Shown in pieces: positions 46,277 to 58,137 of a DNA stretch of 64,000 nucleotides. This DNA is from Setoptus koraiensis (taxonomy: Eukaryota; Animalia; Arthropoda), in NCBI GenBank assembly GCA_048013815.1, contig CM106586.1, positions 1,798,001 to 1,862,000 of the forward strand, written 5' to 3'. The notes beneath the pieces were generated by a model. That model was not told where the DNA came from. It saw only the letters and a list, made by a program, of their open reading frames with translations, and made no database searches. The stretch's first letter is position 1; each line of letters starts with the position of its first letter. The translations under genes were made by a program, and so were the position numbers.

Positions 46277-46972
46277 ATGCGATTGAGATCTTCAACAAGA
46301 AAGACTAATACTACAGCAAATAGTGCAACCGAAACTAAATCATTGGAAGAAAATCCTGCTATGATAATGGAAAGAAGCTCAGGATCAGTCACCAGTGTGC
46401 CATATCAGAGGCCCATAAGAGGACAGGAGCTGAAAAAATTGATGAGAGTGGCAATTGCGGCTAGTGTTGCTGCTGGTCTCTTTCTATTAGTATCGTATCT
46501 CTTGTGTCACCACGATAAACTCAGACTGTATCCAAGTGATGTCAATCCGGAGCTCCTGAAGGACTTTGCTTCAAAAGCAGGATTTACACTAAAATACCAA
46601 GTTCTACTTGTATTATGGCTCATAATTAATGTCCACATAGTCATCTACCATCGAATTAGTAGAGGGGCTCTTAACCCATTGACAGAGTGTACCGAGCACC
46701 TAGCTCAGGCATCCAAGCTTATATTAACAAACAGTTGCGAACAAATACTCATATCTCTGTTCACCCAGTTGATATTTGTTGCCTTTGCTGACGGGGCTTG
46801 TGTTCTCAAAGTAATTCCATGGTTCAATCTGGTGCAATTTATAGGTCGAATTGCCTTCTTTGCCGGATATCCATTATATAGAACTTTTGGAATCATGCTC
46901 ACTCTCACGCCAAATACTATACTTACATTTTACAACGTCTACAAGTTTGGAAGCTTCCTCAATTTGTACTGA
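46277..46972 (+). CDS. TMEM79-like / MAPEG-superfamily membrane protein, intronless, 231 aa
   Basis: Several TM helices. GFTLKYQ, ALNPL, ILTNSCEQ and FIGRIAFFAGY...RTFGIMLTLTP match the MAPEG/TMEM79 pattern. Confidence 0.75.
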   Translation: MRLRSSTRKTNTTANSATETKSLEENPAMIMERSSGSVTSVPYQRPIRGQELKKLMRVAIAASVAAGLFLLVSYLLCHHDKLRLYPSDVNPELLKDFASKAGFTLKYQVLLVLWLIINVHIVIYHRISRGALNPLTECTEHLAQASKLILTNSCEQILISLFTQLIFVAFADGACVLKVIPWFNLVQFIGRIAFFAGYPLYRTFGIMLTLTPNTILTFYNVYKFGSFLNLY

Positions 46973-47873
46973 GCTAATTTAACCTGTGGTGTGTCTGCTT
47001 TTAGTATTTTTCTAAGTTGCGACATTTTCGTAAAAGACTATCGGCGAACTCCACTCGCAGATGGTCCTTTCGCGAATAAATGAAAATTTTTGCGCCCTCG
47101 ACCAACTAAATCTAATTGATTGGAACACATGTAGCAAACAGAAAAACAGATCACAATACTTTGTAACGTTCAATAAATACAACAAATCCTCATAGCTTAC
47201 TTCGAAGTTTTTACTATCCAGGTGGAGAGGTTGTCATAACTGGCCCAGTTTTTATCCTGTGACCCTTTAGCATAACTAAGGATAGCATAGAAACAAATCT
47301 GGGAAATTAATGAGGTCGATTCCATTGTGGCCCGGACAATTGTGAACTACTGGTAGTCACACAGTAGTCATAGCTTGCCGATGCCATTTGCATCTTGACG
47401 TGTTTTCGCGGCATAAAACATGAAGGCTATGTTCAAGTGTACAACTTTGGTATATTACATTGCGTTTTAGTTTAGTTTTTGTTTTTCCAAGATGGAAGAC
47501 GTGATTGAAGATTGTGGAAATGTGATATCGCATTTGCGTAAGACTTTCATCATCTCATTTCTTCACTATTGAACCTCGATAACAACTTTTTAATACATGC
47601 TTGTACATTATTGTATTGGCAATGTTTGCTACAAAAAAACGAGCTTTCATCAACCATGAAGTAACCAGCTTGTTTGGTCTATCAGTTTAGTGAGCTGTTG
47701 CTAGCTAAGTTGATCAATGACAAAAGATGAGCAATCACAATTCTAGGTAGATCATTTCATTATTGTTGTTTGATCAACATCATAAGTTCTAGGTCCTGTT
47801 AATATGAGTACTTACAATTAGCGGATCGGCGAACAATAAAAATAGCGACGAAATCAGTAATAGCAACATATAA

Positions 47874-49298
47874 ATGATGACGGATTCGCCTTTATTGCCT
47901 GTATTACCTGAGGTGCAAGTTGGACACTCAATCAATCATTTCGGTACAACATTCTTACATTATTTAGAAACAGACACGAATACCATCTTTTCGCCACTAT
48001 CATTGGTAACCGCCTTATATATTATTTCGTTGGGCTCTAAAGGGTGTGGCATTGTTCATAGGGAATTAGACAGAATAATAAACTATTCCGATGTTGATCT
48101 AGACAATTATGACTTGAATAATCATCATAAAGGACTTGCAGCAATCTATAAGTACCTTTCAGGGAATAATGGACACAATCTCAATAATACGCTGGCAACT
48201 CGCGGCGATCTCAGCAGAATTAGGCAGCGTAAATGGTTTAAAGATTCCAGCCACGATCGTCATCAAGCAACCAACGAGAGTAAAAGTTTTGAGTTCAATG
48301 TGGGAAATTTATTTTTGTATCAAAAACGCAATCTCGGTCTGAAGAAGGCTTTCACGAATGTACTCGATACCTACTATAATATAACACTAGCACAGTATAA
48401 AGTGTATCATGACTTAGATTCTGACATGGATAAAGTTTCTCCCATTGATGCCCTGACAAAGCCGGTACCTATAACTGATATTATTGTCCGCGGCAGTAAA
48501 GAACGACTGTGTGCTATAGTCAACCACTGGGTGGCCACTAAGACCAAAGGTAATATCAAAGAATTGTTAAAATGTGATGATAGCATCGACATTGGAGACA
48601 TTTTCATGAACGCGGTCCATCTCAAAGCCAAGTGGAAATACCAATATTTTGATGTCAAACACACTGAAGAACTTGCTTTTTTCAATGAGGGAAAAAAATT
48701 GTTAAAAACAAAAGTGCCCTTCATGAAAACCAGCAAAACTTTCAGATTAAATTACTATGATTCCGAGAGATATTCACAGCGAACCGTGCGCTCCGATGTT
48801 GCCTTCGAAGCTCTAGAAATACCCTACGAAGGTTCAGATAGTCAGACTATCAGTCTAGTGTTGTTGTTGCCCAAAAACATGAGCACGTTGCCCGAATTAG
48901 AGAAGCAATTAGGTTGGCAAGGATTGGAGCAAATCTACGGGAGATTTTCTTTAGAGAAAGTTGAAGTTGTTTTGCCAAAGTTTAAATTTGATAAAACATA
49001 CGAAATGAAATCTTTGCTAACCAAAATGGGTGCCGAAGATCTATTTTCTTATAAAGGTAAACCGACTGAGATTTTTGAAGAAAATAATGGAGAAATAATA
49101 AAAGATATTCTTCACAAGGCCATGATACAGGTGGATGAAACTGGTGTAGAGGCCGCGGCATCAACTGCTGTTCTTATAAGTCCACGAAGTATGAATCATC
49201 GGATTGTTAAATTTGTAGCCAATCATCCATTTTTATTTGTGGTAAGACACATCAAAACAAACACTGCCGTGTTTATCGGTAGAGTGACAAAATTTTGA
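47874..49298 (+). CDS. Serpin, intronless, 474 aa, no evident signal peptide
   Basis: NTIFSPLSL, VNHWVATKTKGNIKELL, MNAVHLKAKW, LEIPY, LVLLLP, VVLPKFKF, ILHKAMIQVDETGVEAAAST hinge and FVANHPFLFVVRH signature. Confidence 0.96.
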   Translation: MMTDSPLLPVLPEVQVGHSINHFGTTFLHYLETDTNTIFSPLSLVTALYIISLGSKGCGIVHRELDRIINYSDVDLDNYDLNNHHKGLAAIYKYLSGNNGHNLNNTLATRGDLSRIRQRKWFKDSSHDRHQATNESKSFEFNVGNLFLYQKRNLGLKKAFTNVLDTYYNITLAQYKVYHDLDSDMDKVSPIDALTKPVPITDIIVRGSKERLCAIVNHWVATKTKGNIKELLKCDDSIDIGDIFMNAVHLKAKWKYQYFDVKHTEELAFFNEGKKLLKTKVPFMKTSKTFRLNYYDSERYSQRTVRSDVAFEALEIPYEGSDSQTISLVLLLPKNMSTLPELEKQLGWQGLEQIYGRFSLEKVEVVLPKFKFDKTYEMKSLLTKMGAEDLFSYKGKPTEIFEENNGEIIKDILHKAMIQVDETGVEAAASTAVLISPRSMNHRIVKFVANHPFLFVVRHIKTNTAVFIGRVTKF

Positions 49299-49769
49299 AT
49301 GCTTAAATCTTTTACTATCGGCAATGTAAATCCAAAATGTATACCACATTCGATAAAACAAATGCTAAATGATAATGATGATCAATTAACGAAAGTTTCA
49401 CCTATTGTTGTGTCTATACAAATATAAGCAACCAATTGATGAATTTCAAATAGTGAAAAAGTTTCGATCCTAATGTACTTGAACCGAAATGATCAGGTAA
49501 CTTTTTTTTATTATCAATTCTGTAACATAGCAGAGTGATTTGGCACGATTGCCGTAACCCTGGGTTAACACTAATACCAATAGGCTGGATTTAGTCGTAA
49601 ATGGTCAATGTAAACTAATGTATTCTCAATTTGAAGATGTCTTGCAAACGCTCACATCAATTATGTCCGTGATAGATAGCAAGCATCTAAATAACCTCTG
49701 AATTGGAAAATAAAACTTGAGCAGTTTCACATAGAAGATGATTCACCTAATGTATCCGATAATTATTAG

Positions 49770-50543
49770 TTAAACTGTATAGTCTTCTAGAATGTCTTTC
49801 ATATGCTCATTGTGAGATTTGAAATTCTTGTTCTGTTTCCTTGCTATCTTTCTCCTCTTCTGAACTGGCTCTAATTTGCGTGAGGCTAGATCTTGTATAG
49901 ATTTTATACCATGTTTTGCTAAATACTCTTCAATTTTGTCTTCTGCGATACCCTCAACTGATACAGAACGCCATAATTTTAAGAATTCTTCATCTATTTT
50001 GATATCTTTCCTGCCTTCATTATAGAAAACAAGTTTCTTTTTGTCAACAGTCCTCTGGACAGTTACTACTAACTCATGTTTGACTAGATATTTGACTGCT
50101 TCATTGGCATTAGGCATAGACTCAAGAATATCATCCAAAAGCACTCCTCCTTGTCCGCTTTGATATTGTTTCTCTAGATATCTTCTCAATGATTTCCTAT
50201 CCTTGATATTGAGTAGTGGTTTAAATTGATATTTGATAGGGCCTGTTTGCCCCAGTTCTGGTCTAATAACGTTAACGCGTATGTTTTGTTCTAAAGCTTC
50301 ATTCTCAAGCCAAGTTCGTTGCCTTGAGCTTATTTCATGTTGATTTGTCTCATCAAATATTTCTTCTAAGGTGAGAGGTTCACTGTCGCCGTCTAAATAA
50401 CGTTGTTTTAATGATTTAACAATTTTGGCTAGAACACTAAAGTTGTTTTGTGATAATGATGTCATAGTCTTGTAAGAATAGGGATCGTTTATTGGACGGC
50501 CACAAGCGGCAGCGGCCGTGGCGATTGCGTTTGCAGCATCCAT
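49770..50543 (-). CDS. TfIIEbeta: General transcription factor IIE subunit beta, intronless
   Basis: FSVLAKIVKSLKQRY, PLTLEEIFDE, WLENEAL, YQFKP, GGVLLDDILESMPN, FLKLWRSVSV and FKSHNEHMKDILEDY. Confidence 0.94.
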   Translation of the reverse strand: MDAANAIATAAAACGRPINDPYSYKTMTSLSQNNFSVLAKIVKSLKQRYLDGDSEPLTLEEIFDETNQHEISSRQRTWLENEALEQNIRVNVIRPELGQTGPIKYQFKPLLNIKDRKSLRRYLEKQYQSGQGGVLLDDILESMPNANEAVKYLVKHELVVTVQRTVDKKKLVFYNEGRKDIKIDEEFLKLWRSVSVEGIAEDKIEEYLAKHGIKSIQDLASRKLEPVQKRRKIARKQNKNFKSHNEHMKDILEDYTV

Positions 50544-50904
50544 TGTTGTTACTATTAATGATTAATATTAGTAGCGGTTGATGAATATTGGGTCAGTGTA
50601 TGAGGTCAGTCTTACTAATGTATTGTTAGGAATTATGATAATATTATTATAAATACCGATAATAATAGGTCTATACCCAGAGCGCTCATCGGCAAGAGAT
50701 TATCTTTGCCGAGATGTTGAGAGATGGACTGTGCGCAGAAATAATCGAATAATCTTGTACTTATCGATCATATGTTTTCATTTTAGACTGTGAGGTGTGT
50801 CGGCTAACTAGTTCCATTATCAGCAGCTAGGGTTCGTTTTACGCTTTCGAATGGCCGCCCGAGTGAAATTTGATTCTACGTAGTGGATACGGCTTGTTGG
50901 TTCA

Positions 50905-50912
50905 TATCGATA
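50905..50912. promoter_or_regulatory. DRE-like element (TATCGATA) in the bidirectional TFIIE-beta/IMPACT promoter
   Basis: Exact palindromic DRE octamer between two divergently transcribed housekeeping genes. An identical octamer also occurs in a Wnt intron (16031), so chance is possible. Confidence 0.35.
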
Positions 50913-51382
50913 AAAAAAGAATAAATCGACAACAGAGGCACATTACACATTTCACATAACACCAGCCATTTTGCATTTGCACTGGCAAGTTGTTTCTAAC
51001 GCTACTTGCGGATTTCTTTCGAACTAGCTAGAATCACAAGCTCACTGACGAATATCATTGTGATAAAATCATCATCAGCCACATGTGGCCCTGACTAACC
51101 AAGATAAAATCAACAATTATTTTATCATCATTGTTGTTTAATTGCTGCTAGCCCACACTTTACATTATGTGGAGACTTCTTCATCCGACTACAAAGACCA
51201 TTATCCAATACAAGTCCGTCTAGTCTATAAATTGCCAAAGCACACACAAAAGAATCATGAAATAATAATAACAACAACGACAAGCGTATTAAGCTCGGGA
51301 TCTTTTGTGACAAGTGAACAAAAGAGTTAGTGATTCAGATACGAGAGCTCTTCATTTGGCTCTCTTTCCTCATATCAAGACC

Positions 51383-51988
51383 ATGGACTCTGATTACTCG
51401 GACGATGACAATTTCAATCCTGAAATATATCATGGCGAAAGTATACGAGATCGTAAGTCAGTATTCCAAGGCCATTGTGCGCGTGTCTACAGTTATGACC
51501 ATGTCAAAATCATGCTAAATAAATTAAAAGAGAATAAAAAAATAGAAAATGCCTTCCACAACATGTACGCATATAGGATTGACAAAAGTTATTATCAATA
51601 TTCGCCTGATAGTCCAACGCACAAACACAACAATAGTAAGGCCAGTGGTGGTAACAAGGGCTCATCATCTAGTAACAAATCTTCAAGCATCATTCAAGAT
51701 TGTGACGACGATGGCGAACACGCTGCCGGTGGCCGAATGTTGACTCTATTGCAAATATTGAATTGTGTAAATGTTGTTGTTGTAGTGACACGATGGTATG
51801 GGGGTATTCAGTTGGGACCGGCCAGGTTCAAGCATATAAATAACGCTGCCAGAGATGCTCTCGTCAAGGCTGGCTTCGTTAATAACAGTGCAGGTCCATC
51901 TTCTTCTTCGGGTAAAGATACAACAGTGACAGCAACAGCCAAGAGTTCCAGTGGTAGCAACAAGGCCAACAAGAAAAGAAGCAAATAA
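51383..51988 (+). CDS. IMPACT: IMPACT family protein (UPF0029 ancient domain only; no RWD domain visible)
   Basis: DRKSVFQGHCA, HNMYAYRI, QDCDDDGEHAAGGRMLTLLQIL and VVVVTRWYGGIQLGPARFKHINNAAR. First in-frame ATG is at 51383. Confidence 0.88.
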   Translation: MDSDYSDDDNFNPEIYHGESIRDRKSVFQGHCARVYSYDHVKIMLNKLKENKKIENAFHNMYAYRIDKSYYQYSPDSPTHKHNNSKASGGNKGSSSSNKSSSIIQDCDDDGEHAAGGRMLTLLQILNCVNVVVVVTRWYGGIQLGPARFKHINNAARDALVKAGFVNNSAGPSSSSGKDTTVTATAKSSSGSNKANKKRSK

Positions 51989-53534
51989 TATCAAAGACAG
52001 CCCACAATAATGAGATAGTGTTGCTCTAAATAAAAATGAAATTGAATAAGAAAATATATCTCAAAACTGGACAATTATTACGCCATGAGATTCGATTGGA
52101 AGATGGTGTGGATACATGCGCATGCAACGTCGGCTACTTGATTAGCGAAAGGATATCAGAGAAACAAAGATTAATCCAGTGATTAATTTAATTACAGAAC
52201 AATTAAATTCTTGATCACACTTTAAAAGCAGCAACAACAGCAATAATTACAACAGCGACAATAGCAATAACATTTGCTGTAAGAGAGAAGAAAGTAACTT
52301 TTTTCTTCTAGAATATTAGGCAATTTGTTTCACACATGCAAAGTGACAAATGTTATAATGAAAATATGGTCTCTACACTTGATTATAAAAGACAGTCAGA
52401 AAGATTGTCTGGAAGTCTTGCATGTCTGACAACGTTAACGACGTATGAGCCGAAATTTACCATTGCACCTGCTTTGTCCAACAAATGTCGTGAAGTTTTG
52501 ATGTCATTGTAATACTTGACGCTGTTGTTGTTGCTGTTGTCGTCGCTCTGAAGCTGTTAGATAACTACTGCCTAAATGAAGCAACCCCTGGCTTACCTTG
52601 GTAATTGTGGTTGGTGTTGGTCTAATGCAAAGGTCTACACCCACCGCCGTCGCCGCTTTTGAATGCCCAAGTGGCTAACTAGATGATTGGCTGGCTGACT
52701 GACTGGCAATTGTTAGTAAAATGAGTAAAGTCGGATCAAAACAACGCGAATTTACACAACATTGATTAATTCATCATGGATCATGCTGATAGTTTCCTAA
52801 CAAGACTACTTCTTCATCCGTTCATTCAAAATGCAGAATTTAAAATACAAAAACTGTAGGAGGACATGTTATGTTTTCGTGTCTTTCACTTTCATCGGTT
52901 GTGTTGTTTATTTTAGAAAATAATAAACAGAATGATAATTTATTTTTCGATGCAGATAACATCCTTCTTAACCTTGCCAATTCAATCTTCATTGAGAGCC
53001 ACTAAAAAAGAAAGTTTGATCAACAGCAACAACAAGTAAACTACAAGCAACCCTCTTGTAAAATGCTATAGATATCGTTTTAGTCTTAGTTCTTCGAACC
53101 TCTCCCAGTGAAAAGAGGTGCATATCTAGAGAAACCGCAAAAGAAAGTCACTTCCGTCTGAAAATGAGCCCATTTATTCGTATCTGTTGTCTACAATGAG
53201 ATGCATCTGTTATTTAATATACCAAGAAGAGTTTATATGATATATCAGGCATCACATCAGACAAAATCTTGACCAAGATAATCGCCGCCAAACATGTGAA
53301 AGATGTAACACGAATGCAATGCATGCAGTGATACCATCAAAAACTTTCATGATATCGCATCATATAATAATAATAAAAATAGATTTCCTACGTGACCGAT
53401 ACTTGGTCATCAACGCTTGTCTCAATCAATCTATGCGATACCAATAGATAATTCGCGATCTCTTAAGTGTGTCATGTTGGAAACAAAACGAACCCAATGA
53501 AATCATGATAGCTATAGCTCATCACAAAATAAGA

Positions 53535-55303
53535 ATGTTGAAACATATATTCATCTTGATAAATCCACTATCCTCAAGGCTCACCTTAGTATTGTTATCG
53601 TGTTCATTGCTATCCACCTGTGTTTTGTGTGTCTATGACAACACAAATGCACTTCGAACATCTTCTGTCGTCTACCACACCGAACCCAAAAGGGCTCCCC
53701 ATAATCAGTCCCATCGAGCTGGCTTTGATATATCACGAAACAAGAACGAGCGAAGAGACAGGGCAACAGTCAGTACTGATATCGGCATCAATTCAACGCT
53801 GCCCAATCAGTTGACTGAGTGGCCCTTTGTAAAGTCATTTCATATAAGTAGATCAAATCGCCAGAATCCAATGTTTACATCATCTGCTCCGTCGTCACTC
53901 GCATCGTCATTGGCATCACCAGTTGCATCATCAACGGCGACAAGTGTTGATTGGCCGAATGTCACGCCGACACTGCGAGTCAACGGTCACCAGAGCAAAC
54001 AAGACATACAAACAAATCAGAGGGAGCCAACTGCTCGCATAATTGAAACTAACACCAACAATTTGAGTGATCAAGAAAGGCTCTCTAGTGGTGATGGAAT
54101 GCAGAAACAAAACAGCAATAGCAATAGGATCAGCGATGAATCTCACTCAGAGAAACTTATTAGCTCGGCGGAAATGCCGTCACTGGCATCTATGCCAGCC
54201 AGTAAAATGGCAAGCGCAAATAAGGATTCTGACACAACTGAGGCCGAGCACATCAAGCTACAGTCAGGCAGGATAGTGAGGCCCGGCGAAATGATGACGG
54301 CGAATATCGGCCAACAGCAGCCACCAAAACAGTCGGACCAGCACACTCTGTTCGGGCGACCATTCCATCGTGACATACAGAATGTGATTGATGCGTTGAT
54401 TTCAGTGACTGCGGCTAGCGATAGCGCCAGCAACACGGATAGCCAGTCGCCAACAAAATTAAACAATCACCATTACAATCAGATGGCATCAGTGGGTACA
54501 GGAAGCGGCAACAGTGTTCATCAGGATAACAGAACAGCAAGTGGAGCTGGTCAAATACCGCTGAAGGCAACATCAGCACTGGCAAACAATGAGCATAAGG
54601 TGAGTATGCTAATTAGAAGACGAATCGCAGATTAGCGGATAGATCTAAGTTGCTGCAAGGTTACGCAGGCTGCTTTAGGTTGTCGCTGAATTGGTTGCAA
54701 CTTGCAAGCATATCAATGCACTTGCTTTCACATTTGTATTGTCTTCACCAGAAAGATCTTTGCTCCAAGATACTCCAGTCTCGATTGTAATTCTCATACA
54801 AAACTTTCATCCCCAAAAACGTAACAACTATCACACTTGCAACAACAACTGTTGACTAGACACAAAGCGATGATAATAATCAGCGCCATAGGACGTCACT
54901 TTCGCTGAATGTTTTGTTGAAGAACTTTGGCTTGAGCAATCTCACTGATATTGATCAGATTGTCCTCAAATCATCAATAAGAAATCATAAGGCACCGGCG
55001 CTCCCATCCGGCAAAGGTGAGTAGATTAGGTTGTTGTGTTGATTCAAAGTGTTTTTGTTATGCACAAATGTACGCTGATATAATGTACGGTCGCGGACGT
55101 ATGATGAAAATTAAGCAAGGCATGAAATAAATGCAAATTAGTTCACCGAGACACAGATACTTTTATGAGTGAACGTATTTTGGCACAGATAATAACGGCG
55201 ATAATGGTCGCCGGTCACATCATCACAGTCAAATTACAGTGCGTATTATCATGGTGGTAGCGGCTCGCTAGAGAGTTGCCGCTAGACTTTTCGCCGGCAA
55301 CTC

Positions 55304-55337
<34 letters not shown>

Positions 55338-58077
55338 TCGGTATCTGGTGCTTGATTAGCACGGTTAGACAAAATAATATAATTATTTTGTTTTCGCTCA
55401 GGCAAAATTCAACTGGCTTGCATCGCATGACAGCATCATAAATAACTTATAACGTCACCGCTGTGTTACGAAATATAACCATAACCATCATGCAGTGAAT
55501 GTTTGCGGCAAGAATGTTTTCTTATCAAGCAAATTGTCAAGACGATGATGACAATGAAGGCATCCTGTCATTGTTGATGCTCATGTAATGTCATATGTTA
55601 AGTTGTGCACTAATGATCCGCCAACAATGATTACCTAGTGTCTAGTCTCAATGTTTAGAGTGATTCAAAGTGGTCCTAACAAGCACCGATTTACACACAA
55701 GTGGTGGAGCTTTTTACCAGAACGGATGTAATCAATTCAAATTTATTTTGCCGTGGTTACGCAACAAACAATATCCACCACCTGAGCATTAGCTCCGCTA
55801 TAGTTGTGTCCTGTACTAGCCGTCCAGTGGCAGTTCAGTGGCTGTCCAGTGGCAGTTCAGTGGCTGTCCAGTGGCAGTTCAGTGGCTGTCCAGTGGCTGT
55901 CCAGTGGTTGTCAACCAGTGAGACATGTAATAATGTGGCGCGAGTATGATTGCTCAAAATGCTCCAGTTGACCACTCTCACCTGCGCGCTTTTTGTTGCA
56001 CTAGTCAACTTGTTCACTTTGTTGTCCATCTCTGCAATGACCTGTCAGCTTACGTAATTGTCCACTAATGCAACTGATTCTCTAACTCGAGCGAGCTTCA
56101 TTAACGTTTTTATGTCCCCTGTTAATATTTATTGCATGTTGTTGATAAGCGACAGACAATTTCGACGACGATGCAACGGCCGCAACAACGCAAACGCCAC
56201 AAACAAGACCCACCGTAGGTGACAAAACAAACCAAGATGCCGTGTCGTCTAACGGTCACTCGTTCGGTGGCGCTCACAACATTCAAAGGACCACACAAGC
56301 GCCAACTTCGACAGGTGATGGTGCACAGTGGACGACACAATACGACGAGGACAATAGTGGCCGCAAAATGATGACCGCTGACCGACGGCACCAAGCTAGC
56401 GCACAATGTCGCTTTGAGTATACATTGAAACATGTTAATATAACTATCAGCAATCAATTGGGCCACTATGCTTGCTCGTATGTGCTAAACAGGAAACTTC
56501 AGTCGCTTGACAATTCATTTCGTCAGGTCAATATGCGAACTATGAGCATGGCAAATCAAAACAACAACCAACAGTCGTCTTGCAGTTTGAGACTAATGAG
56601 CCAACACTTCATGAACAACAGCTTGCTTGAGTCTGATTATAACTCGGACAATTGTGCCGCTGAAACCTACTTGCAAATTGGTCGAGAAAGATTTTGTTAC
56701 ATAACGGGTTCCTCAACTGGGCTGGTTCCGTTGAACAGAACCTTCATGTTTCCCTTCAGTATGCCCATGTTTGACGTAACGTTTGTGCATAACAACAACA
56801 ACAACAACAACAACAACCACGACGCCAACAAAAGCTTGCGTCGTGCCACCGATGACGAGGACGCTCCGATGAGCCATATTGAGCTTGAAATTCAACCTTT
56901 GAACGGTGCCAGTGATTGCGACAAGTTTGATTCAACAACAACAGCAACAACAACGACAACTCTGGCCAACGGTCAGTTGTCATTCACAGATGAGACGAGA
57001 TGGCCAAAGTCCTTGTTGGGCGACATGCAACAAATGACACAACGGCCAATAGCAACAACAAACGTGATACATTCGTCGTCATCTGAAAATAGTGGCGATT
57101 TAGAGATGCAATTGAGCACAACGTCGCCAACTACAAGAACAACAACAACTTCCACTGAGACCACTCCAATATCAACTCATTATTTGGGTTCAAGCGTCGC
57201 CACAATGGATACGACAAACAGACCTGGCATATCTTGGAACACGAACGATGACATGCCAATGAGCATGCTTCCTGTCAACAAAAAAGAGACAAATGATGGG
57301 GCCCTAACAAGTGCAACAGTTGATGCTGGTCGTAATTGTAACAGTGCAAGCATGTACCAAGATCTGGAATTTGCAATAATGTCACCCAGATTTCCGCAAC
57401 AATATGGCGAAAATTTGCATTGTGTATACAAAATAAGACGCGCCAATGAAAGAATATGCAAATTAGATGTGAATTTTGTTCATTTTAATCTCACTACAGT
57501 ATCCCACTCGACAGGACAACATTGCCCGTCAACCTATTTACAGGTGAACGAGATGAAATTTTGTGGCATCATCCAAACAAACACAATGAAGAGTTACATG
57601 TTTGATGAAAAGCACACAGAAATCGATCTGGTATTCAGATCAGCACGCCAAATGGGCCACTCCATTGCGAGCCGTCAGACGGGCGATCACAGCATGGCTC
57701 AGCAACATCCGGTCGGTTTCTTGTTGAGGCTATCGCAACGCGAATGCAACGACCACACTGTGATACCTGAAAAAGCTCCCGATAATAATAGCAAAGACTA
57801 TGCAAATAGCAACAGCAATCACGACAACAATCAAGCTGTAAGCAGAAATTTAACTCAATATACAATGTTTATGGATTACGATAATAATGCAGTGGACCAT
57901 AAATTGAATAATATGATTAATTTTAGGCCGCCATCTGCTACTACACCGACTGGCTTCGAGGCTCGAGGTCAGTTGGTGACAGAATTGAGCTTTGAATCGC
58001 CGGCTATTGCGACTATCGGGCTTGCGAGACGTGACCCAACAGCAACAAGCGAACAACCAACGCCATCAATGAAAAAT

Positions 58078-58137
<60 letters not shown>

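Noticed and set aside
46277-46972. Functional link between the TMEM79-like gene (a reported Frizzled regulator in vertebrates) and the nearby Wnt1
   Set aside because: The genes are 30 kb apart with many unrelated genes between; the family assignment is only moderate and nothing suggests co-regulation.
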